A stretch of DNA of 64,000 nucleotides from contig OY764216.1 in the NCBI GenBank assembly GCA_963668315.1, forward strand, positions 4,320,001 to 4,384,000. Direction: 5' to 3'. The position numbers and the translations under genes were made by a program. The notes beneath the pieces were generated by a model. It made no database searches. It was not told the origin of the DNA and was given only the letters and a program-made list of their open reading frames with translations. This document shows positions 1 to 8,908 of the stretch, in pieces. Each line of letters opens with the position of its first letter. Position 1 is the first letter of the stretch. Origin of the DNA: Spirochaetia bacterium (GTDB taxonomy: Bacteria; Spirochaetota; Spirochaetia; DSM-2461).

Positions 1-567
1 ACCGTTCTGGGAAACTACTTTCTCCACCAACCCTGGTACACTAATAGTTTTGGCATTAAACTTCAAAGTGGCTCACAGGAGGATATTAATATTTTAAATA
101 ATACATTCTATGATATCAGAGAGCAATCTCTCTCTATCGCTTTCGGAAGTTCCTGGTCTAACCTGTCTGTTTCCGGCAATACGTTCGTAGATCCGGAATT
201 CGGCTCTTCCCTTGTTTATGTTCGTGATGGATCTCTCGATGGAATCAGCTTTTCAAACAACCGCTACTATTCCACTGTCGGTGACACAATTTCCACGACC
301 TTGAACACCGGTCTTGGTGATGACTATGCGACATCCCATACTTATGAAGATTGGCAAACAATATCTAATGAAGCATATGGGGAATACGCGAATCCGGATT
401 ACTACGATCCAAATCGGACACTGGGTAGTTATGCTGGATATTTAGGCCTTGAATCTGATATTCCCAGCTTTGTCGAAGAAGCTCGTCTCCAGAATCGTAT
501 GAACTGGCGTGAGGAATATACAGCGTCTGCCGTTAAGGAGTATATAACCAAAGGTTTTTCTGAGTAA
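1..567 (+). CDS. C-terminal part of a right-handed beta-helix protein (gene starts before the window); paralog of 10619..12265
   Basis: Frame 1 is open from base 1 (TVLGNYFLHQPWYTNSFGI...LVYVRDG...NRYYS) to TAA at 565-567. It aligns by eye with NYFLNQPWYDNSFGI...LVYVRDG...EEARLQNRLNWRVEYTA of 10619..12265. Confidence 0.9.
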   Translation, partial: TVLGNYFLHQPWYTNSFGIKLQSGSQEDINILNNTFYDIREQSLSIAFGSSWSNLSVSGNTFVDPEFGSSLVYVRDGSLDGISFSNNRYYSTVGDTISTTLNTGLGDDYATSHTYEDWQTISNEAYGEYANPDYYDPNRTLGSYAGYLGLESDIPSFVEEARLQNRMNWREEYTASAVKEYITKGFSE

Positions 568-571
568 AAAC

Positions 572-1906
572 CTAAATAATACTAAAACCCATTCCCATTA
601 TATGTTTTATTAGCAATATGGTTGCAAGAATTAAAACTAACAGGATTGTGCTTTTCATATCCTGAAGGATTAAGCCCTGCTTTTCTTTTTTTAAGCCAAT
701 ATTGATTATTACATATAATGGGATATCATTTAGTGCTACGGCAATAATAGCACCAAAAACATTCCCAAAATAGTAGGCGATCGGCAATACGGTAACCATA
801 TAGGCGAATTTAACTATGTTTCCAGCTGCCAGCCAGTGGGGCTTGCCGATAGTCAGTAAACTACGGTCTATGGACATCACTAATAAGCGAGGCCAGATTC
901 CCAAAGCGAGAATAGGCAGCATCCAGGCGGCTTCAGAATAACGGTCATCATAAAGGAAAAGAATAATGGAATGAGCCGTAACAGAAAATAAAGCCAAAGC
1001 TACGGCAGAAATATAGAGAATCATCATTCGTGGTTTTTCTATCCTTGCCTTGATCTGCTCGTAAGGAATATTTGAGATTACAGGGAAAACCACTTTAGCG
1101 CTTATATATTCGACAACACTTTTAGGAAACTCGGAAAACATCAAAGCGATATTATAAACACCGAATAATCCGACCCCCAGAAATCGGCCCAGCAATATTC
1201 TATCGGCTTGGGAAGCCAAATAACTCATGGCCGTAGAAAACATTATCCATTTTCCAAAGGACAGAAGTTCCCTAGCCGCTTCTTTTTCAAGAAATAACCT
1301 ATTCTGGAATGTATTTATCCGATGACTCCAGGCTGTTAAAAGAACAGCATTTAGACAGTATGGAATAATTAAAGCCCAAATACTCCTTGTATAATAGGCA
1401 AAAATTATCATTATGGAAGTACCTATTAATTGAAAGAGAATCTCGGCGCTGACTTTTTTTCTCTGATTTAAATTTTTCTCTAATAAATCCAGAGATGTGG
1501 AATTCAAACCTTGAACAATGGAGAAAAGCCCGAATATGGGCAAGATTTTCATAAGAATGGGAACTTTATAAATAACCGATACAGGATAGGCTATAATAAT
1601 AGAGAGTAAACATAAACCAATACTTCTCAAGAATTGAATAGTCCATGCAGTATTAAGAAAATCCTGATCATTCGATCGTTTGCTTCTTATAATACTTGGT
1701 CCCATACCCAGATCTGAGAGTAAAAAAATCCCTCTCTGAAAAACAAGAGCAATAGCAATAATTCCAAAATATTCCGGAAAGAGCAGCCTTGTAAGTATAA
1801 CATTTGAAACAAGACGAATTAATTGACTGAATCCATATCCCAATATGACGAAGAAAGAAGCACTAATTATTTTTTTTTTCATTTTTACCTGTGAATAATC
1901 CATCAA
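572..1906 (-). CDS. wzx: Wzx-type oligosaccharide flippase
   Basis: Polytopic membrane protein with LTRLLFPEYFG, DLGMGPSIIR, SFGKW and DRILLGRFLG..GVYNIA motifs of polysaccharide export flippases. Confidence 0.85.
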   Translation of the reverse strand: MMDYSQVKMKKKIISASFFVILGYGFSQLIRLVSNVILTRLLFPEYFGIIAIALVFQRGIFLLSDLGMGPSIIRSKRSNDQDFLNTAWTIQFLRSIGLCLLSIIIAYPVSVIYKVPILMKILPIFGLFSIVQGLNSTSLDLLEKNLNQRKKVSAEILFQLIGTSIMIIFAYYTRSIWALIIPYCLNAVLLTAWSHRINTFQNRLFLEKEAARELLSFGKWIMFSTAMSYLASQADRILLGRFLGVGLFGVYNIALMFSEFPKSVVEYISAKVVFPVISNIPYEQIKARIEKPRMMILYISAVALALFSVTAHSIILFLYDDRYSEAAWMLPILALGIWPRLLVMSIDRSLLTIGKPHWLAAGNIVKFAYMVTVLPIAYYFGNVFGAIIAVALNDIPLYVIINIGLKKEKQGLILQDMKSTILLVLILATILLIKHIMGMGFSII

Positions 1907-1932
1907 ATACCTGCTCCTATTTTAAAAATAAA

Positions 1933-2508
1933 CTACATTTCAACCTTCACCTGTCTTGCGGGAACTCCAAAGAGCGTTGCCCCAGCTGGATAACTTCTAA
2001 CAACAACAGAATTTGCACCAATCACAGTATCATCCCCCACGGTTACAGGTCCTAATATACAGGCCCCGCATCCTATATCCACCCGATTCCCGATGATAGG
2101 GCCTCTGACCTCCTTCTCGGCATCCTCTTTCCGTACTAGTCCCATAGTAGTGTTATGTCTCATATGAACATCATCTCCTATGGAAATAGCCCCGGCTATA
2201 ATTATATTACCATGGTGCCAGATCCTCACACGACGTCCCAGCTTTACCGTATAGGGCAAATCGATACCCCAGAAATTAAGAATTAGAGAATGGGCCAAGT
2301 TATATAGTATAGTAAAAGGAATTCGGAAGATCTTTTTCTTAATACCCATCCTCCAGTTTCCGAACCGATTACATCGAACGGCCAGATAACCCGGTTCAAA
2401 GCGATGATTATCATAGGTTTGCAGATCTTCTTTTTTCAGTGCAAAATACCCTATATCGGTCGGATTCTGATTTTCTGTTCCTTTTTTTCTTTTTAAGCCT
2501 TTTTCCAT
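1933..2508 (-). CDS. Serine acetyltransferase-like hexapeptide O-acyltransferase (WcaB-like)
   Basis: GIDLP..VKLG..VRIWHHG, PIIGNRVDIGCGACILG, IGANSVVV and GVPAR hexapeptide repeats; EPS context. Confidence 0.85.
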   Translation of the reverse strand: MEKGLKRKKGTENQNPTDIGYFALKKEDLQTYDNHRFEPGYLAVRCNRFGNWRMGIKKKIFRIPFTILYNLAHSLILNFWGIDLPYTVKLGRRVRIWHHGNIIIAGAISIGDDVHMRHNTTMGLVRKEDAEKEVRGPIIGNRVDIGCGACILGPVTVGDDTVIGANSVVVRSYPAGATLFGVPARQVKVEM

Positions 2509-2526
2509 GTAATATCTTCCTGTTTT

Positions 2527-3312
2527 TTATTTTATTCCATTAAGAAATTTTATAAATTCTCCGGCGATAACACGTCGGCCTAATTCATTAAGATGCCCCC
2601 CATCTTCCGTATAACCGGAAAATAGATAATAATACTCCTTTCCTCTGTAAAAAGCATGAGATCTCTTCCCGTCAGGTTCAGTCGACTCCCACATGGCCAG
2701 ATCAAAAATAGGATCAATACCTGCATAGACACTGCGAAGTTCTTTATTATATAACTCCCTTTTCACATTGGCGCTGGTGTCCCAGAGTTCCTTACCGACA
2801 ATCTTCTTAATAAAGGGTTTAAGACCTCTTTCTTCTTGAGTGACAGGAACCGTTAGATGAACTAACGTCAGATCAGGATAATTCTCCTTTAATCCCTCAA
2901 TCAGATTTTTATATTCAATAAAGAGGGATTCCACATCGGTATCCTTATTGATATCAACAAAACAGAATTTAAAAAAAGCAATATCAATCTTATCGCCCAG
3001 AGCATTATGGGAGAGAGTTTCCTGAAAGGAACGCATCTTACTAAGGGGATCTTTATTAACTCCAACACTTGCGTGCATGAGACAACCCCTGTTTTCAGGA
3101 ATATCCCCGGAATTAACAATGTTGATCCCGAGAGAGCTGTAATTTTCCATAATGCCCTCGATGATATTTTGTCCCACAGAATGGTGTCCAAAGAAGATTC
3201 TTTTACTTATCATTATATCTGCATCAATCTCCCCCACAAAAACCTCCTCTGATCCTCTCCGACAACCACTAAAACATATAAAGCACAACAAAAAGAAAAT
3301 AACATTCTTCAT
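2527..3312 (-). CDS. Lipoprotein, SGNH-hydrolase-like family
   Basis: Lipobox FSGC; FFGHHSVGQNI (Ser block) and DGGHLN (DxxH) near the C-terminus. Confidence 0.6.
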   Translation of the reverse strand: MKNVIFFLLCFICFSGCRRGSEEVFVGEIDADIMISKRIFFGHHSVGQNIIEGIMENYSSLGINIVNSGDIPENRGCLMHASVGVNKDPLSKMRSFQETLSHNALGDKIDIAFFKFCFVDINKDTDVESLFIEYKNLIEGLKENYPDLTLVHLTVPVTQEERGLKPFIKKIVGKELWDTSANVKRELYNKELRSVYAGIDPIFDLAMWESTEPDGKRSHAFYRGKEYYYLFSGYTEDGGHLNELGRRVIAGEFIKFLNGIK

Positions 3313-3333
3313 ACGCTCAGCCTTTCCTCTTCC

Positions 3334-4326
3334 TTACGAATGATGAAGTCCAACAGGAGTAAGCCTTTTATATCTTCTGTTCAGAAGAGAGCTCATCTGC
3401 AATTTAATAATGGTATAATTATAGATAACTGTTTTTTTCTTCCGCTTCCAGAAAAAAACGTTTTTCAGACAGATAAGGCCGGACAATAGAATTTCAGAAA
3501 AAGAATCAATTAACATTTTACTCAAACCATAATTCTTCCAATAATACTTCTGCTCACTCTCAATTCGGATGTTAATTAATTGTTTTCCCGACTCACTCAT
3601 CATTTCTCCCTTTGTCTTACTGCTTTCTCCACAGAGATGCAGTACAGAAGCATAGGGATAATAAACCGTTTTCCAACCCGCTTTTTTGGCTCGCAAACAG
3701 AAATCCGTTTCTTCATAATAAAGAAAATACCTATCATCAAGCATACCAATATCATCAATTAATTGTGAATTGATGAGAAAAAAAGCGCCGGGAACCCAGT
3801 CTACTTCTTTAACACTTTTATGATCCCACCAGCTATACGTAGGCCCCCCCAGGAGCTTTGACTGGGGAAATTTTGCAGAGATCCCAGATAAGGCTTTAAT
3901 TTTATAATAGGAACTGGGGAACTGACGGGCCGAGGGTTGGAAACTTCCATCTTTATTCAGCAACTGAACTCCCAGAACACCGCATTCCCTATTGTGCTCC
4001 ATATAATCAATAGTTTTTACTAAAGCATCCTCATTAAGAAAAGCATCAGAATTCAGGAGTAAAACATAGTGACTGTGCGATCTTTTTATCGCGTTATTAT
4101 TAGCTGCGGCAAATCCTGAATTTCTGGCATTTCTAATTAGGCAGTACTCAGGAAATTCCTTTTTAACAATCTGAACAGAATCATCATGGGAATTATTATC
4201 CACAACAAAAACATCTGTCTCAATATTTTCAATAGAATGGGAAACCGCTTCCAGACACTTTCTTAAAAGATCTCCCGTATTGTAACTGACAATAATAATG
4301 GAAAGCGTCTTTTTTTTATCCATCAT
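3334..4326 (-). CDS. Glycosyltransferase family 2
   Basis: SIIIVSYN, VVDNNSHD, NSGFAAANN, LLLNSDA, VDWVPGA and YYEETDFC motifs. Start placed at ATG 4326 (ATGA overlap with the asnB stop, AAGGGG upstream). Confidence 0.92.
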   Translation of the reverse strand: MMDKKKTLSIIIVSYNTGDLLRKCLEAVSHSIENIETDVFVVDNNSHDDSVQIVKKEFPEYCLIRNARNSGFAAANNNAIKRSHSHYVLLLNSDAFLNEDALVKTIDYMEHNRECGVLGVQLLNKDGSFQPSARQFPSSYYKIKALSGISAKFPQSKLLGGPTYSWWDHKSVKEVDWVPGAFFLINSQLIDDIGMLDDRYFLYYEETDFCLRAKKAGWKTVYYPYASVLHLCGESSKTKGEMMSESGKQLINIRIESEQKYYWKNYGLSKMLIDSFSEILLSGLICLKNVFFWKRKKKTVIYNYTIIKLQMSSLLNRRYKRLTPVGLHHS

Positions 4327-6323
4327 ATCCCCTTGGTATGGCAATAATCAAAACTGTTTTCTCGAACTCCTCGACAGGATGTACTAAAAGAATTTTCCAG
4401 TATAAAGCTCTTGAAGACTAGCATTGTCGATATAAAAAAGAGGATTCTAGTGTTGTCAGCAAAAGATAAAGATAGTTCCGTATTCCTTGTCTTATTAAAA
4501 AGCCCTTCTATAACCTGGAAGTTAAAGATTTCCGATTTTTCAATCAGCTCTTTCTGAAGAATTTCTTCCAGCCAAGAAAGCTTCTCAACCTGGGAGAGAA
4601 AACTTACTCCATTAGGAGATTGATATGGCTGTTTGGGTCGTTTTAGAATATCTTCAGGAATTTCATTTATAAAAGCCTCTTTTAAAATATGTTTCTCATC
4701 CAGATCACACCCATGTAGTTTGTAATCCGTATTCAATCCATTGGCAAATTCATCGAATTCCACATCCAGAAAAGGGAATCTTCCTTCTACGGAATTGGCC
4801 ATGAGCATACGGTCGCCCTGAGCAGACAGGATATAGCCAGGCAATAATGTATTATACTCCAGCCACTGAGCTTTTTGCAGATAGGTCCAGTTATCCTTTT
4901 CCCTGGGCATTCTCTCTAAAAGAGGGTTAATTATCTCATTTTTCTTAAAATAGTCCATCGCTTCACTCGTAAACAGAGGCAATAACAATTTAGCATTATC
5001 CCACCGAGGCCTATGGGAAAGACCGTTATCACCGGTGATCAGATTTTTACTGAAAAAAGATCTCGTAAATGCCGGGGTTTTATGGAATTTATCCCCCATC
5101 CAAGGATAGAGATGGGAAAGCAGCTCTTCCGTTTCAGTAGAGCGGCCCTCAAGAATAACCTTATTTCGGATATAGGCTTCGCGGAAAATATCATAACCGC
5201 CCAGAACCTCATCAGCCCCTTCTCCAGTTACAACAACCTTATATCCCGAATCGCGAACCAGTTTAGAGAGAAGAAAAAGCGGAGCGGGTGCCGTTCTAAG
5301 AATAGGCCTTTCTGCGTTAAGCATGACCTGAGGAAAAACCTCGGCAATATCGGAATAATCAACAGAAAGCGTCCGGTGATCCGATCCAAGACGCTCCACC
5401 ATCTCTTTCTGAAAATATCCTTCATCAAATTGTGCATCGGAAAATCTTATAGAAAAAGTTTTTAGTCCTTCATGGGCGTACTTTTTAACAATGGCGGAAG
5501 AAACAGAAGAGTCGATACCGCCAGAGAGATAAGCTCCCACAGGAACGTCACTCCGTTCAAATCTTAACCGGGCAGCTTTGTGCAATTTTTCCCTTAACTC
5601 CTCGGTCTTCTCGATGAAATCCTTTTTACTGATAGGAACATGACCATCGGAAAACTCAATATTCCAAAATGTCTTGGCCCTTAACTGCTTACCGTCATAG
5701 ACTGCTAATGAACCGGGTGGAAGTTCATATATACGGGAAAAGGCCGTATTCGGAGCGACTGGTCCCCAGAAAGTAAAAATCTCCTGAAGTCCGGTCAGAG
5801 AAAACTCCCGGGAAACCGACTCATCGGTAAAAAGAGCCTTTATCTCCGAAGCAAAAAGAAAATTGTCCTTTGTCTCTGTGTAATAGAGGGGTCTGATTCC
5901 GTGCCTATCCCGGCTAAGAATAAGTTTATTTCTACGGCGGTCCCAAAGTGCGATAGCCCATTGACCGTTAAACTTTTGAAAGCATCCTTCTCCCCAGCTT
6001 TCCCAAGAATGAACTATAACTTCCGTATCACTTTCTGTTTTAAAAATATGACCGAGAGAAACGAGCTCCTCCCTGAGTTCAATATAGTTATAGATCTCCC
6101 CGTTAAAACTAATCCATAAAGACTCATCTTCGTTACAGAGAGGCTGAGTCCCTCCGGCGAGATCAATAATGGAAAGACGGGCATGCCCCAGAGCGGCCTT
6201 TTCATCCCGGAACCACCCCCTGCCATCCGGCCCGCGATGATACAAGCGATCCAGCATTCCTCTTACGAGTTCCTTATCGGGGATATTCCCCCGTTTACTT
6301 ACCAAACCGCATATCCCACACAT
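4323..6323 (-). CDS. asnB: Asparagine synthase-like glutamine amidotransferase, EPS-associated
   Basis: N-terminal MCGICG (Ntn Cys), HRGPDG, RLSIID, FNGEIYN, YLSGGIDSS, GEGADE and EGRFPFLD. Confidence 0.93.
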   Translation of the reverse strand: MCGICGLVSKRGNIPDKELVRGMLDRLYHRGPDGRGWFRDEKAALGHARLSIIDLAGGTQPLCNEDESLWISFNGEIYNYIELREELVSLGHIFKTESDTEVIVHSWESWGEGCFQKFNGQWAIALWDRRRNKLILSRDRHGIRPLYYTETKDNFLFASEIKALFTDESVSREFSLTGLQEIFTFWGPVAPNTAFSRIYELPPGSLAVYDGKQLRAKTFWNIEFSDGHVPISKKDFIEKTEELREKLHKAARLRFERSDVPVGAYLSGGIDSSVSSAIVKKYAHEGLKTFSIRFSDAQFDEGYFQKEMVERLGSDHRTLSVDYSDIAEVFPQVMLNAERPILRTAPAPLFLLSKLVRDSGYKVVVTGEGADEVLGGYDIFREAYIRNKVILEGRSTETEELLSHLYPWMGDKFHKTPAFTRSFFSKNLITGDNGLSHRPRWDNAKLLLPLFTSEAMDYFKKNEIINPLLERMPREKDNWTYLQKAQWLEYNTLLPGYILSAQGDRMLMANSVEGRFPFLDVEFDEFANGLNTDYKLHGCDLDEKHILKEAFINEIPEDILKRPKQPYQSPNGVSFLSQVEKLSWLEEILQKELIEKSEIFNFQVIEGLFNKTRNTELSLSFADNTRILFFISTMLVFKSFILENSFSTSCRGVRENSFDYCHTKGI

Positions 6324-6344
6324 CTATTCACTCCCTCGTTCCAA

Positions 6345-7445
6345 TCAAATTTTTAAAAATTGAAGAAATCTTGCCAGAGGATCCTTCAAGTAATCAAAGA
6401 AAGGACTATCGGTCAATTTTACATCCATCATATACCGATTATCTTTAATCCTTCTTTTCACCAGAGAAACATAACCGGAAAGAGTACAATAATAGCCGGT
6501 GTGTTTTTTCTTGTCGTTTATTTCACCGGTTAATATATCATCACAGCAAATGACAGGGAAATTCACACCAATATGATAGGAACCTAATAGACTGCCCCAA
6601 AACCTCGGATTTATCTCAAGAATAAAGTACTCCCCTGTCTTCTCGTTATATCTAATATCAATATGAGCGACTCCCTGCCAATTTAAATTCATCATCAATT
6701 TCTGAACGACATCAAATAAGGTGCTGTCATCTATAAACTGGATAATCTTTGATGGAGTAAAATCATATTTATCTTTCTGTATTAACTCTTTCTGAATCGT
6801 ATATTGAAGGATTTTCCCGTCAACACAATAGACAGAAACCCCCAGATTATACCCGGGAACAAATTCCTGAAGGATTAATGGGTTTATCTCCTGGTTAAAT
6901 GTCTTTGTATATTGAAGAAAAGTTTCCTTATCCTCACAAAATTTAATACCATGGCCTCCCCCTCCAAAGGAGGGTTTTATGATAAGGGGAAAATTAACTC
7001 TTTCAAGATGACTGATTAAATCATCATCAACACAAATGGTATGAGGATGGGGTAGATTGTTTTCCCGAAGGAAATAACATATTTTCTTTTTATTATTGGC
7101 AAGTTCATAGATCTCTTTTGTCGGCAACCTTATAGTTTTTATACCCGCTTCTGATATCTTTTTTTTATGACAGATTAATAAATGGAACATATTGATATTA
7201 ACGGGAAGAATAAAGGGTATACTATTCTGTTTACAAATACTTATTATTCTATCCATTAATTCCGGGGATGGCTCCAAAGAGATCCTCCAGAAAGCCGATA
7301 CCCATCGGGAAAACTTAACAGAATAGCTATCATTATGACAAATAACATGTAAAGTAAATTTATTAGTTTTTCCCAGACAGTAGAGTACCTGCAGTATAAG
7401 CTGAGTCGGCGCAGTTCCCCCCAAAATCAATATTTTCACTCTCAC
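6345..7445 (-). CDS. ATP-grasp domain protein
   Basis: FPLIIKPSFGGGGHGI, ILQEFVPG and LEINPRFWGS; GTG start with GGAGGT Shine-Dalgarno. Confidence 0.88.
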   Translation of the reverse strand: MRVKILILGGTAPTQLILQVLYCLGKTNKFTLHVICHNDSYSVKFSRWVSAFWRISLEPSPELMDRIISICKQNSIPFILPVNINMFHLLICHKKKISEAGIKTIRLPTKEIYELANNKKKICYFLRENNLPHPHTICVDDDLISHLERVNFPLIIKPSFGGGGHGIKFCEDKETFLQYTKTFNQEINPLILQEFVPGYNLGVSVYCVDGKILQYTIQKELIQKDKYDFTPSKIIQFIDDSTLFDVVQKLMMNLNWQGVAHIDIRYNEKTGEYFILEINPRFWGSLLGSYHIGVNFPVICCDDILTGEINDKKKHTGYYCTLSGYVSLVKRRIKDNRYMMDVKLTDSPFFDYLKDPLARFLQFLKI

Positions 7446-7527
7446 ATCTACCTCCCGAAAAGAGATATGTTCCTGCTATTTATATATTAAATTCTAAGTC
7501 CAAGAGTAATAACGGGATATAAAAACA

Positions 7528-7794
7528 TTATTCCTTTTTTAAAATAAAAGCTGTAAGATTATTCAAAGAATCCAGGTTTTCTGGGACAAGCTCATTATCT
7601 TCGATAGTTATGTTGTAGCTATCTTCGCAGAACTCTATCAATTCCAGAATCCCCAGAGAATCTATGATTCCATTCTCCATAAAAGACTCTTCGGGTTTAA
7701 CCATTGCGTCTTCATTACCAAAAAGGTAATTCTGGATAACAAAACTTCTCAACTGATTATGCAAAGTATCTTTTGATTCTGCGATGCTCATCAC
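7528..7794 (-). CDS. Acyl carrier protein
   Basis: 88-aa acidic protein with GIIDSLGILEL phosphopantetheine site and ELVPENLDS C-terminal motif. Confidence 0.92.
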   Translation of the reverse strand: MMSIAESKDTLHNQLRSFVIQNYLFGNEDAMVKPEESFMENGIIDSLGILELIEFCEDSYNITIEDNELVPENLDSLNNLTAFILKKE

Positions 7795-7924
7795 ACTCTC
7801 CTTATTTCTTTAAATTAATTCTAGTTTCTCCCCATAATAATTACAAATTATAAATTGAATTTGTGTTTTTCACTGGCTTCGCTTAAATTTCATATATAAA
7901 GTTTATTATTGAAAGGGGAAGAAT

Positions 7925-8908
7925 ATGATAAAGAACGATTCCTATTCATTGGATACTCTGAAGTTAAACTGGGAAGAAGAAGCCGATCGCATATGCCGAA
8001 CGATCACTGAAAAGATGACATCAGACTTTAAAAGAAAAGGCCTAGTTGTTGCCATGTCCGGCGGTATAGACAGCAGCACCGTAGCCGGCCTCGCAGTAAG
8101 GGCATTAGGCAAAGATAGAGTTGTCGGACTTCTTATGCCGGAGAAACACTCTTCCAGTGAAACCCTTGGTTTAAGCCAGAGCGTTGCCGATGCCTTTGGC
8201 ATTGAAACAGTCTATGAAGATATATCCGATATTCTCGAAGCTCTGGGCTGCTATAGAAGACAGAACGAAGCGGTCAAGCAGATCATTCCCGAATTCGATG
8301 AAAACTGGAAATTCAAAATAGTTCTCCCAAACGTCATAGAAGGAGGAACTCTGAGAGTCTATAAAGTCATAGCCCAGTCACCGGAGGGTGATACAATAGA
8401 AAAAAGACTCCCTACGGCCTCTTATATGGGCATAGTCGCTGCGACGAATTTCAAACAGAGGGTGAGGAAGATGCTGGAATACTTCCATGCGGATAGATTG
8501 AATTTTGCTGTAGCCGGAACGCCGAACAGACAGGAGTATGATCAGGGATTCTTCGTAAAACTGGGAGACGGCGCAGCCGACATCAAACCGATTGCCCATC
8601 TCTACAAAACACAGGTATATAAAATGGCGGCTTTCCTGGGTGTACCAGATGATATATTGAACCGTCCTCCCACAACCGATACCTACTCACTTTCCCAGGG
8701 ACAGGACGAATTCTACTTTTCTCTCCCCTACGATAAAATGGATCTCTGCCTATTCGGTCTCAATAACAATATTCCTGTTGACGAGGTAGCCTCAGCAACG
8801 GGAATCACAGTAGAACAGGTAAAGATGGTCTATGGTGACATTGAGCAGAAAAGAAGAACCACTAGGTATCTTCATCTTGCTCCCCAATTGGTGGATGATT
8901 TTTTTTAG
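7925..8908 (+). CDS. nadE: NH3-dependent NAD synthetase-like ATP pyrophosphatase, EPS-cluster type
   Basis: VVAMSGGIDSS PP-loop, NFKQRVRK, GTPNRQE, GFFVKLGDG, PIAHLYKTQV and PPTTD. Confidence 0.8.
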   Translation: MIKNDSYSLDTLKLNWEEEADRICRTITEKMTSDFKRKGLVVAMSGGIDSSTVAGLAVRALGKDRVVGLLMPEKHSSSETLGLSQSVADAFGIETVYEDISDILEALGCYRRQNEAVKQIIPEFDENWKFKIVLPNVIEGGTLRVYKVIAQSPEGDTIEKRLPTASYMGIVAATNFKQRVRKMLEYFHADRLNFAVAGTPNRQEYDQGFFVKLGDGAADIKPIAHLYKTQVYKMAAFLGVPDDILNRPPTTDTYSLSQGQDEFYFSLPYDKMDLCLFGLNNNIPVDEVASATGITVEQVKMVYGDIEQKRRTTRYLHLAPQLVDDFF

